From the NCBI GenBank assembly GCA_044222185.1, contig JBGANV010000002.1, positions 224,001 through 288,000 on the forward strand: DNA of 64,000 nt. The letters are read 5' to 3'. The notes below the pieces were generated by a model. It worked only from the letters and a program-made list of their open reading frames with translations. It did no database searches and was not told where the DNA came from. Below are positions 1-9,512 of the stretch, one piece after another; positions within the stretch are counted from its first letter, which is position 1, and each line of letters starts with the position of its first letter. This DNA comes from Planctomycetota bacterium (GTDB lineage: Bacteria > Planctomycetota > GCA-002687715 > CAIWVZ01). The translations under genes were made by a program, and so were the position numbers.

Positions 1-1
1 C

Positions 2-706
2 GTCACGGAGCTCCTCGTCGGCGTCCCGTTCGCGGAGGTCTCGGCCGCCGCCAACCAGAACACGGGTCGCGTCCATCTCGTCTCGCTCACGAGCGGCGCC
101 GTACTCGACACGATCACGCGATCGGTGTCGCCGAACGCGGATTTCGGGACGGCCATCGCCACGGGCGACCTCACCGGCGACTGCCGCCCGGACTTCGTCG
201 TCAGCGCACCCGGCGACGTCCTCACCGGCCGGGTCTTCGCGGTGTCACGCTTCGGTCTGCCGAACGGGGCGAGCGTGTACGGCGCCGGCTCGCCGGGCGC
301 GGGCGGATACGTCCCCGGGATCGCCACCTTCGGCGGGACGCCGAACACGCAGGGTGCTCCCCAGTTCGGAATCGCCCTGACGTGCGCGCGCGGCGGCGCT
401 GCGGCGTATTTTCTCGGCGGCGGGTCCAGCACGGCGTGGGCCGGCGGATCGCTTCCACAGGACCTGACCGCGTTCGGCTTGAGCGGCTGCGTGCTGCTGA
501 CGTCGGCCGATTTTGGGATCCCGGTGATCGCGAACGGTGCCGGTGCCGGCGACGGCTTCGCCGCACTGCCCACGCCCGTTCCCGCGTCGCCCGCGCTCGC
601 GGGGCTTCACGCATTCGGGCAGTGGATCGTGTTCGACGACGGTGCGCCCAACGGCATCGCGGCCGTTTCACCCGGTCTGGAACTCGTCATCCAGACGATC
701 CCGTGA
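2..706 (+). CDS. FG-GAP (integrin-like) repeat protein, 5'-truncated, with a C-terminal lineage-typical domain
   Basis: The frame is open from base 2 (VTELLVGVPFAE...TGRVHLVS). It has FG-GAP-like repeats (FGTAIATGDLTGDCRPDFVVSAPG), then a C-terminal module YGAGSPGAGGYVP...PALAGLHAFGQWIVFD...SPGLEL. Confidence 0.8.
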   Translation, partial: VTELLVGVPFAEVSAAANQNTGRVHLVSLTSGAVLDTITRSVSPNADFGTAIATGDLTGDCRPDFVVSAPGDVLTGRVFAVSRFGLPNGASVYGAGSPGAGGYVPGIATFGGTPNTQGAPQFGIALTCARGGAAAYFLGGGSSTAWAGGSLPQDLTAFGLSGCVLLTSADFGIPVIANGAGAGDGFAALPTPVPASPALAGLHAFGQWIVFDDGAPNGIAAVSPGLELVIQTIP

Positions 707-793
707 CGAAGCCGGTGGTGCGGATGGAGCCGGTCGCATCGCATCGCCCCGTACGTCGAACGCGGGACGATACACTGCGCCGCCGAGACCTCC

Positions 794-3535
794 GTGACCA
801 ACGAACGGCCGCACGACGACTCCCTCGATGCCCGGGCGCAGGCGCTCCTCGAATTCTGGTTCGAGGCCATCGACCGCGGTGAGCACCCGGATCTGGCGGC
901 GCTCGCCGGGGGCGACGCGGAGCTCGCCTCGCACGTCGAACGGATGCTCGGGCGTCATTCGATCCTGGCAGACACGCTGACGTCGAACGTCGCGCCCGAT
1001 TCGCCACCGCCCCCGCCCGTCGACCGCATCGGGGACTTCCGCCTCCTCGCGCCGCTCGGTGCGGGCGGCATGGGTCGCGTCTTCATCGCGAGCCAGGAGC
1101 CATTGAAGCGTCTCGTCGCCGTCAAGCTCCTGAACCCACAGTCCCTCGAAGATGCGTCCGCTCGTGCGAGATTCCGGCGCGAGGCGGAGATCGCAGCGCG
1201 TCTCGACCATCCGAACATCGTCCCGGTCTACGGACTCGGCGAAGAAGGCGGCCACGCCTACATCGCCATGAAATGGCTCTCGGGTCCCGCGCTTGATGGC
1301 GTCGAGCTGCCACTCGCTCCGCGCGAAGCGGCCCGGATCGCGGCCGCCGTCGCACGCGGATTGGAGGAAGCCCATGCGTCCGGTGTCGTTCACCGCGACG
1401 TGAAACCCGCAAACATCATTCTCGACGACGGGGAGCCCGTGCTCGTCGACTTCGGACTGGCCCGCGGCGCGACCGATGTGTCGCTGACACAGGCGAATGC
1501 CGTCCCTGGCACGCTCCCCTACCTGGCGCCGGAACAACTTTCGCGAGGCGCGCCTCGCTTCGATCCGCGGGCGGACGTCTACGCGCTCGGAGCGACGCTG
1601 TACGAGCTCTTGACCGGGCGCCTCCCGTTCCAGGACGGGAGCACGGAGCGGCTCGTTCGACGGATCGTGGAGGAAGCCCCGCCGCCCCTGGGCATTCCGG
1701 GATCGCGGGAGCTGCAGACCATCGTCCTGCGCGCGCTGGACAAGGAGCCCGCGAGGCGCTTCCAATCGGCCGGCGCGTTCAGTGACGACTTGGAACGATT
1801 CCTCGACGACCGGCCCATCGTCTCGCGGCCGAGCGGAATCCTCACGCGCATCTGGAAGCTCGTGAAGCGTCGCCCGCGGGCGTCGATGGCGGTCGCGCTC
1901 TCCGTGGTCGTCGCCGGGACGGCGCTGGGCCTCGTGCTCTGGGAGTGGCGTGAGAAGACTGCGCGCTTCGAGAGCGACGCGCGCGAGGCGACGGCAGCGT
2001 TGCACTCGACGGATCTCCCAGCAGCGGCGGCGGCCCTGGCGCGGATGCAGCACGACCGACCGACGGATTCCGAGACGCAGAACCTCGCGATCCAGCTCGA
2101 AGCCATACGCGTTCGCGAGGATCTGATCGATCGCCTCATGAGTCGTGGCGACGCACAGGATGAAGCCTGGTTTGCGGACCTGCTCCGCCGCACAGACGCC
2201 ATCGCCCGCAACGACCCGGAACCGCGCATCGCCCAGCTCGCGCTCGTGCTTGCCGACCTGCGCCGCGGCGAGGTCGACGCCGCGACCCGACGCCTGGACG
2301 CGCTGGATGAGGACGCGCGGCAGCACGCAATGCCTGGCCGTGCGCTGGCAGCGCTGCGAGCGGCACTCATGAGCGACGTGACGGTAGACCTGACTCCGCT
2401 CCCGCACGGTGACGCCACGGACGCACTTTTCACGGCGCTCGCGCTGCACGAGCTCAGCCGCTCGGGCGCGAGTCAACGGGCGGAGCTCGAGGCCGGGCTC
2501 GCCGCGGCGTCGGGGCGCTCGGAGACGAGGCTGCGCCTGGCGATGGCGTTGTCGTTCATCGATGACGGCGACCTCGCCGAGGCCGAAGGCGGCCTGCGCT
2601 GCCTCGACGTGGACGATGCGTCGCGGCGGCTCGTCCTCACTTCGCTCGCATCCATCCGCCTCGCCCGGGGTGATCCCGCGGGGGCCAGTGCGATCCTGGC
2701 GTCGCTTCCACGGCACGAGGAGGACGTCATCGCACAGTTGCTCGAGTTCGAGGTCCGGTTGCGTTCGGAGCAGCGCGACGCGGCACGCGAACTCCTTCAG
2801 CGCACGATCGAGAAATGGCCGAGAGATCCAGACGTCCGGTTGATCGCCGCGGCCCGGGCCTTCGAGGCGGGCGACACGGCCGGTGCCGTCGAACATGCGC
2901 GGATCGCCGAGCGCTCGGCGTTGTTCGTGCGGCACCGTGAGCGGGCCGCCGCGGCGGCCGTCGCATTTCGCGTGTACGCGGTCCTGGGTACTGGCGAAGC
3001 GGGGCCCCCGCATGCGCCCGACGCGGCGACGGACCAGACGCTGCGCGACGTGGCTGGCGAAGCCGCGAGCCTCGCTCAGTCATTCCGCTTCGGCGCCGCC
3101 AGGCAGACGGCCCGCGCCGCCGCCGCGCTCGCCGAGCGTCGGCTCGGGCACACGATCGAGGCACGCCGCCTCATGGAGTCGGCCGCCGGTGAGCGAGCGA
3201 CCAACCCGGGCGTCCAGTTGCGTTTCGCCGATTGGGCCTGCGCCGACGCGAGCGACGGGCTGATCACGGATGCGGGAGAACGCGCGAGGACCCTCCGCGC
3301 GGCGACGGTCGCGGTGCGTAGTGTCATCGACGGTGGCCGCGGCGGCTCCTCAGCGGCGACGTTCCGCGAGACGCGTGACGCCTACCGGCTCGCTGCCCAG
3401 GCCTTCAGGCTCCTCGACGACCGCCCACGCTGCGCGGCGACCTGCCGCGAAGCGTTGGATCGCATGCGCTCGCGCCTGACCGACGCGGAGGTCTCCGAGT
3501 TCAACGAACAGTTGCGCTGGGCCGAGGAACCCTGA
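794..3535 (+). CDS. Hanks-type Ser/Thr protein kinase with TM segment and C-terminal TPR-like helical region
   Basis: Kinase motifs LGAGGMGRVF, VAVK, HRDVKPAN, DFGLA, GTLPYLAPE and DVYALG. A hydrophobic segment (MAVALSVVVAGTALGLVLW) is followed by Ala-rich helical repeats. Confidence 0.95.
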   Translation: MTNERPHDDSLDARAQALLEFWFEAIDRGEHPDLAALAGGDAELASHVERMLGRHSILADTLTSNVAPDSPPPPPVDRIGDFRLLAPLGAGGMGRVFIASQEPLKRLVAVKLLNPQSLEDASARARFRREAEIAARLDHPNIVPVYGLGEEGGHAYIAMKWLSGPALDGVELPLAPREAARIAAAVARGLEEAHASGVVHRDVKPANIILDDGEPVLVDFGLARGATDVSLTQANAVPGTLPYLAPEQLSRGAPRFDPRADVYALGATLYELLTGRLPFQDGSTERLVRRIVEEAPPPLGIPGSRELQTIVLRALDKEPARRFQSAGAFSDDLERFLDDRPIVSRPSGILTRIWKLVKRRPRASMAVALSVVVAGTALGLVLWEWREKTARFESDAREATAALHSTDLPAAAAALARMQHDRPTDSETQNLAIQLEAIRVREDLIDRLMSRGDAQDEAWFADLLRRTDAIARNDPEPRIAQLALVLADLRRGEVDAATRRLDALDEDARQHAMPGRALAALRAALMSDVTVDLTPLPHGDATDALFTALALHELSRSGASQRAELEAGLAAASGRSETRLRLAMALSFIDDGDLAEAEGGLRCLDVDDASRRLVLTSLASIRLARGDPAGASAILASLPRHEEDVIAQLLEFEVRLRSEQRDAARELLQRTIEKWPRDPDVRLIAAARAFEAGDTAGAVEHARIAERSALFVRHRERAAAAAVAFRVYAVLGTGEAGPPHAPDAATDQTLRDVAGEAASLAQSFRFGAARQTARAAAALAERRLGHTIEARRLMESAAGERATNPGVQLRFADWACADASDGLITDAGERARTLRAATVAVRSVIDGGRGGSSAATFRETRDAYRLAAQAFRLLDDRPRCAATCREALDRMRSRLTDAEVSEFNEQLRWAEEP

Positions 3536-3551
3536 ACCCGAGGGTCGCGCA

Positions 3552-4850
3552 TCATTGCGCGACGAGCGTGCCCCACGGCATTCCGGCACCGTACACCGTG
3601 TTCACGTCGTTAGTCAGCGAAACGATGTCGAACGAGCTCCCCTGAGTGATCAGGGCCGGCATCGGGAACCGGAAAGTCATGTGCGCGGCCAACGTGCCCG
3701 GGATGGTCCACGTGCGAATGCCCTGCCTGAGCACGACCGTGTAGGGGCCGATGGGAGTCCCCTTGACGGGAATCTCCAGGAAGTTCCCGGCCCTGCCGAC
3801 CGGGGAACTGACGCTGTGGGGAACGGAGTCGATCCCGACTTCGAGCGATCGGATGTACGTTCGGATGATGATGGACCCCGTCACGCGGATTCGCGGCGGG
3901 GGCGCGGGCGGCGCTGGCGGTGGCGGGTTGTTGATCTGCGGGCCGTTCACTCCGGGGATGATCGAGCTCAGCCCCGTCATCGATTGCTCGGCTGATGCAA
4001 CGGGTTGGTCGGCCACGTCGCGAATCGCAATGGCCTGGGCGTAGAGCACCAACGGGAAACCATTCTTGAAGTCGCTCTTGTCGAGGCCCTCGATGGGCTG
4101 ACCGTCGGCACCGATCCCGCCTTCCACCAGCGTCTTGATCCCGTCGAATCCGATCTGCTGGAGGAGTTGTTCGAGGATGATGCCGTTCGACGAGTAGGCG
4201 GTCACCGCCAGGTCCGGATCGGGATAGCCGAACAGCACGTTCTGGTAGTACGGCCACGTCGCCGGCGCGGACGGCCACAGGCGCGGCGCGGACAGGAGGG
4301 GATTCGAGGACGTGAACAGCGGCAGCATGGTCGCCTTCACCGTGCCCTGGACACCGCCGCCGATCGCATCATGGATCGCGGCCGCCATCACGGCGGGTTC
4401 GATCTTCACCTGCTGCCAGGCATCGCCGGTCGAGTCGAGCAGCGCCGCTCCGAATGCCGGTCCGTATGTCGTGAGCAGCCTGGACATCACCGTCTCACCC
4501 GACGTCGGAATCACGCCTGCCGTGCCGAGATACCAGTACGGAGGCAGGGGCTCTGCGTGCAGGTTCGCGAGCTGCGGGAGCTGGAACAGTGCCGTGTACT
4601 TGGCCTGAACCGTTGCCGAATCGTCGAGCTTGGACCAGTCCCAGTAGACCCGCAGAACCAGGCCCACCCACTCCCCGGCCTCGCCCTGGACGTAAAGATT
4701 GAACCTGTCGGGGTTCGCCGTTTCCGGCATCCAATAGCCGGCCCACATCTGGACGTGGGCTGGTGCCTGGGCGGGAGCGGACTGAGGCATCGCCAGGGTG
4801 AGGACCGCGCAGCAGGCGAGGGCTTTCGTGATCGTCCAGTTAGAGCACAT
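3552..4850 (-). CDS. Secreted hypothetical protein
   Basis: ATG at 4850 is preceded by an AAGGAG RBS. Signal peptide MCSNWTITKALACCAVLTLAMPQSAPAQ and a Pro-rich linker (PPPPAPPAPPP). The ORF track start at 4979 is probably too long. Confidence 0.75.
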   Translation of the reverse strand: MCSNWTITKALACCAVLTLAMPQSAPAQAPAHVQMWAGYWMPETANPDRFNLYVQGEAGEWVGLVLRVYWDWSKLDDSATVQAKYTALFQLPQLANLHAEPLPPYWYLGTAGVIPTSGETVMSRLLTTYGPAFGAALLDSTGDAWQQVKIEPAVMAAAIHDAIGGGVQGTVKATMLPLFTSSNPLLSAPRLWPSAPATWPYYQNVLFGYPDPDLAVTAYSSNGIILEQLLQQIGFDGIKTLVEGGIGADGQPIEGLDKSDFKNGFPLVLYAQAIAIRDVADQPVASAEQSMTGLSSIIPGVNGPQINNPPPPAPPAPPPRIRVTGSIIIRTYIRSLEVGIDSVPHSVSSPVGRAGNFLEIPVKGTPIGPYTVVLRQGIRTWTIPGTLAAHMTFRFPMPALITQGSSFDIVSLTNDVNTVYGAGMPWGTLVAQ

Positions 4851-4980
4851 GGGACGGAGTCTCCTTGGGGCAGAAGAGTGCGCTTCGGGTCCACCGCCGG
4901 TGAGGCCGAACCGTGGGGTCCGAGGAGCTTCGAACGTCGTTGGCGGATTTCCGGGGCCGGCGTTACAGACGCTTTTCATC

Positions 4981-5622
4981 TCACTCGCCCCCGCGAGGTG
5001 TCCGCTGGTTGGCGCGGTCCGACTTCAGGCGGTCGACCTGACAGATGAGTGCCGCGCGGGCGCGGCAGAGGAGGACCCTTACCGCGCCGACGGATTTGCC
5101 CATCGTCACGGCGGCCTCCTCCCGAGTCCTTCCCTCGTGAACGCACAGGTCGATGACTCGGCGTTGATCCTCCGACAGGTATGCCATCGCCTCCCTCGCC
5201 ACGGTCAAGTCGTCGGAGTCGGCGGCATCCGCGCTGGGACACCGCTGGCGATCGTCCATGACCGCCACGTCGGTCACGAGCCTCACACCGCGGGCCGCCT
5301 CGCGCTTGTCGGCTGCGAAATACCGCCCTTTGTCGTGCAGCGTGTGCTCGACGATCGTCCCCATCCAGGCGACGAACGCATCGTCGTCTTCACCGCGGAA
5401 CTGGGCGAAGTCGCGCACGGCATCGTAGTACGCGCTCTGGAGGAGATCCGACGGGCGTACCTTGCCGCGTAGCCCTCCGCGAAGGCGGGACCTGGCGACC
5501 TGCATCAGCCGCGCATGGTTACGGGCCAGCAAGTTGCTGAGCGCGTCGCGATCGCCCGCGCGTGCCGCCCGGATCTGTTCCGAACCGTTCTGTCGAGTCA
5601 CGGTGTCAACTTCGATTTGCAA
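4981..5622 (-). CDS. ECF sigma-70 factor (planctomycete kinase-associated type)
   Basis: Sigma region 2 (AARAGDRDALSNLL...VRPSDLLQSAY...FVAWMGTIV) and region 4 (LSEDQRRVIDL...EEAAVTMGKSVGAVRVLLCRARAAL). The start is uncertain (TTG at 5622 or a downstream GTG). Confidence 0.9.
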   Translation of the reverse strand: MQIEVDTVTRQNGSEQIRAARAGDRDALSNLLARNHARLMQVARSRLRGGLRGKVRPSDLLQSAYYDAVRDFAQFRGEDDDAFVAWMGTIVEHTLHDKGRYFAADKREAARGVRLVTDVAVMDDRQRCPSADAADSDDLTVAREAMAYLSEDQRRVIDLCVHEGRTREEAAVTMGKSVGAVRVLLCRARAALICQVDRLKSDRANQRTPRGGE

Positions 5623-5733
5623 CGGGTGGGGACGTGGGGGCTGCCGGAGATCCTACACCAACGATCGAGGTCGCGGGTATGCGACGGCTCCCGGCGCGTT
5701 TGCACGCCGACGGCATCGCGCGCTGGTGTCCGC

Positions 5734-6897
5734 TCACCGCGTGGCGTGCGACGGAAGCGCCTGGGCGCCGAACCCGCGCGCGGGCCCTGATTCGTCGACG
5801 CGGAAGTCCAGGTTCTCCGCGCCTCGGAACCGGGGATCCTCGCCGCCGACCGGTCGCGTCTCGGTCATGGGGAGCGACGGAATCGAGCGGGCCGGGGCAT
5901 CGATGCAAAACCAGAAGTTGTCGGCGAACTCGAAGGTCTCGGGCGCCGTGTGGGGGCCGACGTTCACGACCGTTCGCACCTCGGACTGCCGGTAGGCGAC
6001 GAGGTTGTTCGCAAAGACTCCCTTCCTGCAGGGGACGAAGTCCTTGGCGACCGTCTCCTGGAGGATCCGAATCACCCACTTCGCCGGACGGTGGAACGTG
6101 TTCCAACGCACGGTGGAGCCGTCGACTCCCACGAAGGCGATGGGCGCCATCGAGCCGGTGAACGTGCAACCCTCAACCGTGACGTCCTTCGCCTCGAACC
6201 CCTCGGGCCTGGGACGGAACCACGGAAGTCCCGTGGATCCCCCGATGTTCACGGCGCGCTGTCCCGCGTCCTCGAACCGGCACGAGCGGATCGTGATGCC
6301 GGAGGACCCGCCCTTCGCCTGGACTCCCGTAGCCGCCGAATCCGTCGCCCTGTCGCGGAACGTGCAACCGACGAGCGTTCCACGATGGCACCCGACCATG
6401 TCGACGGCCGATCCTCCCCGACCCCACCGGTCGACGGTGCAGCGCTCGAGGCGGAAGTCGTCGACTCCCGAGAGCTTGATGCCGTCGTCGTTTCCGCGGC
6501 CACCGCAATCGCGAACGATGACCCCCGTGAGCGTGACGTGATGCGAAGGAGTGTCGAACGTTCCTCCGTCATCGACGTTCAAGCCGTTCCCGGATGCGCC
6601 CTCGAACACCACGTCCTCGAGCCGGAAGTGTTCGACGTCGGACACGTGCACGCTCCCGCGGATGCGGGGTGGCGCCTTTGGGTCCGCGGCAGCCACCGCG
6701 ATCGCCCGCTCCGCGGTGCCGCGCAGGTTGGCGACCCGGAATCCGTCGTAGTCGCCGGGTGCCATGAGCACGCGCGTGCCCGGTCTGCACGCAGCGAGGG
6801 CGCGCGTGAGCTCCGCCGTGTTCGAGACCCGCACGTCTCCGTCCTGCGGAACGGCCAGGGCGGCGGCCACCGCACACACGACCATCGGGGCAATCAT
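5734..6897 (-). CDS. Secreted right-handed parallel beta-helix protein (pectate-lyase-like fold)
   Basis: Signal peptide, ELTRALAACRPGTRVLMAPGDY, and repeated beta-helix strands (DGIKLSGVDDF, AVDMVGCH, GVQAKGGS, AVNIGGSTG). Confidence 0.8.
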   Translation of the reverse strand: MIAPMVVCAVAAALAVPQDGDVRVSNTAELTRALAACRPGTRVLMAPGDYDGFRVANLRGTAERAIAVAAADPKAPPRIRGSVHVSDVEHFRLEDVVFEGASGNGLNVDDGGTFDTPSHHVTLTGVIVRDCGGRGNDDGIKLSGVDDFRLERCTVDRWGRGGSAVDMVGCHRGTLVGCTFRDRATDSAATGVQAKGGSSGITIRSCRFEDAGQRAVNIGGSTGLPWFRPRPEGFEAKDVTVEGCTFTGSMAPIAFVGVDGSTVRWNTFHRPAKWVIRILQETVAKDFVPCRKGVFANNLVAYRQSEVRTVVNVGPHTAPETFEFADNFWFCIDAPARSIPSLPMTETRPVGGEDPRFRGAENLDFRVDESGPARGFGAQALPSHATR

Positions 6898-6985
6898 GGG
6901 CGCAGGTTACCCCGAGGAAGGCGGTGGTCACGTTCTCGCTCGGCGCGGGAACCAAGGGCACCGGGTCTCCTCGCCGCGCCGCGAC

Positions 6986-8026
6986 TCAAAACTGATATTC
7001 GAGGCCGACCAGGCCCAGGATGTCGAGCCGCTCGGTGTTGGGCGGCGGATCGCCCTGGTAGTTCAGCTCCAGCGAGGTCCGCATGCGGATGGACTCGGAG
7101 ATGGGCACGGTGAAGATGGAACGCGCCTTCGCCAGGTAACGGCCCGGATCGTCGAACGGGACGAGGATTTCGAAGTCCTGTTCGAAGTGGAGGTCGGTGA
7201 AGAACACGTCCTTGTAGACGGTGGCCGCGCGTCCTGCGGGCGAGATGTCGGTGCTGCGACCTGCGCCCTTCTCGTAGATGCCGGCGATACCACCTTCCAC
7301 CGACCAATTGCGGTCGGGGCCTTCGCTCCACAGGACGTCACCGACACCGACGTTGAGGATGGCACGCACGTCGATGTTCTGGATCTCGTCGTGAAGCGCT
7401 TCGGCGCTCGCGTAGGTGTAGAGCGTGGCGTCGTAGAAGTGATCGAGTCGCGCCTTCCCACCGAACGACGACGCCGTGAGGTTGCCGTCGGTCTTGCCGT
7501 AGAGGACGTCTGCGGCAAGAGACACCTTGTCCGCGTCCCAGCTCTTCTCCGCTTCGGCGTGAAGTGCGGCGAGCACCGAATCCACGTTGCCCTGACGAAC
7601 CGTGCCTGAGAGCGCAACCTTGCCCTTCCAATCGCCGGCCGTCAGCGGTGGCTTGTTTGGATCGGGTGGCGCGTCCTTCTTCGGGGGCGGAGGCGGCGCC
7701 GCCAGAGCGCCGATGGGGATCTGCAACGCACCGAACGACCCGACCTCGATGGCGAGCTGGTCGCCGTTTCGTCCGCGGATGGTGCCAGTGATCTGGTCCC
7801 CGTTTGCGAGCGAGAGCTTGATCGGCTGCGTGACACGGACGTTCGCGACGGCCGCCCATGGGGTCCGCGTCTTCCCCCCGCCTACGGCCTCGATTTCCAC
7901 GCCCTCAGCGTCGATGGCGACGACGCGGCCGGTGACCACCGATCCGCCGGCGACCGCCACCTCGTCCGTCTGTCCGAACAAGCAGGCGCTGATCGCGATC
8001 ACCGCCACGCAGAGCTTTCCCTTCAC
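6986..8026 (-). CDS. DUF481/YdiY-family outer-membrane beta-barrel protein
   Basis: GTG at 8026 with a GGAGG RBS and a signal peptide. N-terminal L.NGDQITG motif, amphipathic strands (WKGKVALSG...GNVD), and a C-terminal aromatic ending GLEYQF. Confidence 0.85.
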   Translation of the reverse strand: MKGKLCVAVIAISACLFGQTDEVAVAGGSVVTGRVVAIDAEGVEIEAVGGGKTRTPWAAVANVRVTQPIKLSLANGDQITGTIRGRNGDQLAIEVGSFGALQIPIGALAAPPPPPKKDAPPDPNKPPLTAGDWKGKVALSGTVRQGNVDSVLAALHAEAEKSWDADKVSLAADVLYGKTDGNLTASSFGGKARLDHFYDATLYTYASAEALHDEIQNIDVRAILNVGVGDVLWSEGPDRNWSVEGGIAGIYEKGAGRSTDISPAGRAATVYKDVFFTDLHFEQDFEILVPFDDPGRYLAKARSIFTVPISESIRMRTSLELNYQGDPPPNTERLDILGLVGLEYQF

Positions 8027-8134
8027 GCGAACCTCCGATCCGGCGCAGGAATCGCTCCGACCGAGCGCCGATGGGTCGGAGCTTACAACACGTCGAGACA
8101 TCCGTCCCCGCGTCAGGTGATTACACTGGTCGCC

Positions 8135-9445
8135 ATGACAACGCTCATGCCACGCGTCGCTGTCTGTTGCCTGCTCGCCGCCACGCTCGCCTCACGCGCA
8201 CCGAGCCAGTGGGTGATGGTCGTCAACAACACCTTCCTGAATGCGCCGAACGGCTCGAGCATCGCACTGGTCAACCGATCCAACGGCTCGCTCGTCACGC
8301 GCAACTGGATCGTCCCGGGGACGGGCGCCGGCAACTGGAACGGCAACTGCTCGGCGCAGGACGTCGTGCAGGTCGGCAACCAGGTCTGGATCGGGAGCTC
8401 CAACTCCAACTGCGCGATCCCGGCCGCGATCTACATCTACGACGTCACCTTCAACGGCGCGGCGCCGCCCACGGCCACGTTCAACTCGGTGCGCTACCTC
8501 ACGCTCGCGGACGTCGGCGTCGCGTCGACGCAGCCGCGCGGGCTCTACTACGACGCGGCGGCGGGACGCGTTTACATGACCGACGGCAACGGCATCTTCG
8601 CGCTCGATCCGTCGTGCAACTACGTGGGGCCGTCGCAGCCCGGCAACTGCTGGGGCGTGACGCAGCTGCGCGACGGAAGGATCGTGTATTCGGTCATCGG
8701 GAGTGGTGGCATCAAGGCGACGGATCCGTTGCTTGCGACGCCACCGACGACGCTCGTGTCACCTTCGTCCGCGGGATTCTGGCCCTACGAGCTCGACATC
8801 GCGAACGACGGGCGGCTGCTCGCGTCGGGGTTCGCGTCGACGGGCTACAACATCCGCGCCTGGAACGCCTCGGGCGGATTCCTCTCGGATCCCTATCCCG
8901 GAGCTGCCAACCTCCGCGGCATGGCCGTGCTCGAGAACGGCAACTACCTGCTCGCGCGCAACGCGTTCCCCTACGATCTCATCGTGTGGAACGGATCGAC
9001 GGCCTCCGTGATCATCGCCGACGGCGGGCCCAATTCGCCGGCGCAAAACCAGTTCGGGCCTTACATGATGGGCTACCTCGATCAGCCGACGCCCGCCGCC
9101 GTGACCATGTCGCAGCCCGGTGGCACGGGGACGTTCCTCCTCACCGCGTCGAACCTCGTCACCGGGGCCGACACCTACACGGTCGTGAGCTTCGAAGCAG
9201 CGCCAGGGGGACCGGGAACCGGGCCATACCTGGGGCTCTACACGGCCAATCTCAACAACCTCCTGTCGCAGGTGGCGTTGCCGGTCGGCTTCGAACCGTT
9301 CCACTTCGTGCCGAGTCGCGGCGCCTACGCGTTCGGGCCGCTGTCCGGTATTCCGTCGGGGCTCCACCTGGAGGTCATCACCGTCCAGCTCGTGAGCGGA
9401 ACGCTCGCGACCGTGACTCCGGTCTTCGCGTTGACGACGTCGTGA
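8135..9445 (+). CDS. Secreted beta-propeller-like protein with a C-terminal lineage-typical domain
   Basis: Signal peptide MTTLMPRVAVCCLLAATLASRAPSQ. Propeller-like blades (PRGLYYD, WGVTQLRDGRIVYS, RGMAVLENGNYLLA). C-terminal module GPYLGL...GIPSGLHLEV. Confidence 0.75.
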   Translation: MTTLMPRVAVCCLLAATLASRAPSQWVMVVNNTFLNAPNGSSIALVNRSNGSLVTRNWIVPGTGAGNWNGNCSAQDVVQVGNQVWIGSSNSNCAIPAAIYIYDVTFNGAAPPTATFNSVRYLTLADVGVASTQPRGLYYDAAAGRVYMTDGNGIFALDPSCNYVGPSQPGNCWGVTQLRDGRIVYSVIGSGGIKATDPLLATPPTTLVSPSSAGFWPYELDIANDGRLLASGFASTGYNIRAWNASGGFLSDPYPGAANLRGMAVLENGNYLLARNAFPYDLIVWNGSTASVIIADGGPNSPAQNQFGPYMMGYLDQPTPAAVTMSQPGGTGTFLLTASNLVTGADTYTVVSFEAAPGGPGTGPYLGLYTANLNNLLSQVALPVGFEPFHFVPSRGAYAFGPLSGIPSGLHLEVITVQLVSGTLATVTPVFALTTS

Positions 9446-9512
9446 TCGGACGAGGAGTTCGAGGAAGTCGGCTGGCGAACCCGGGGCGAAGGGCACGGTT
9501 CGGACGATTCCG

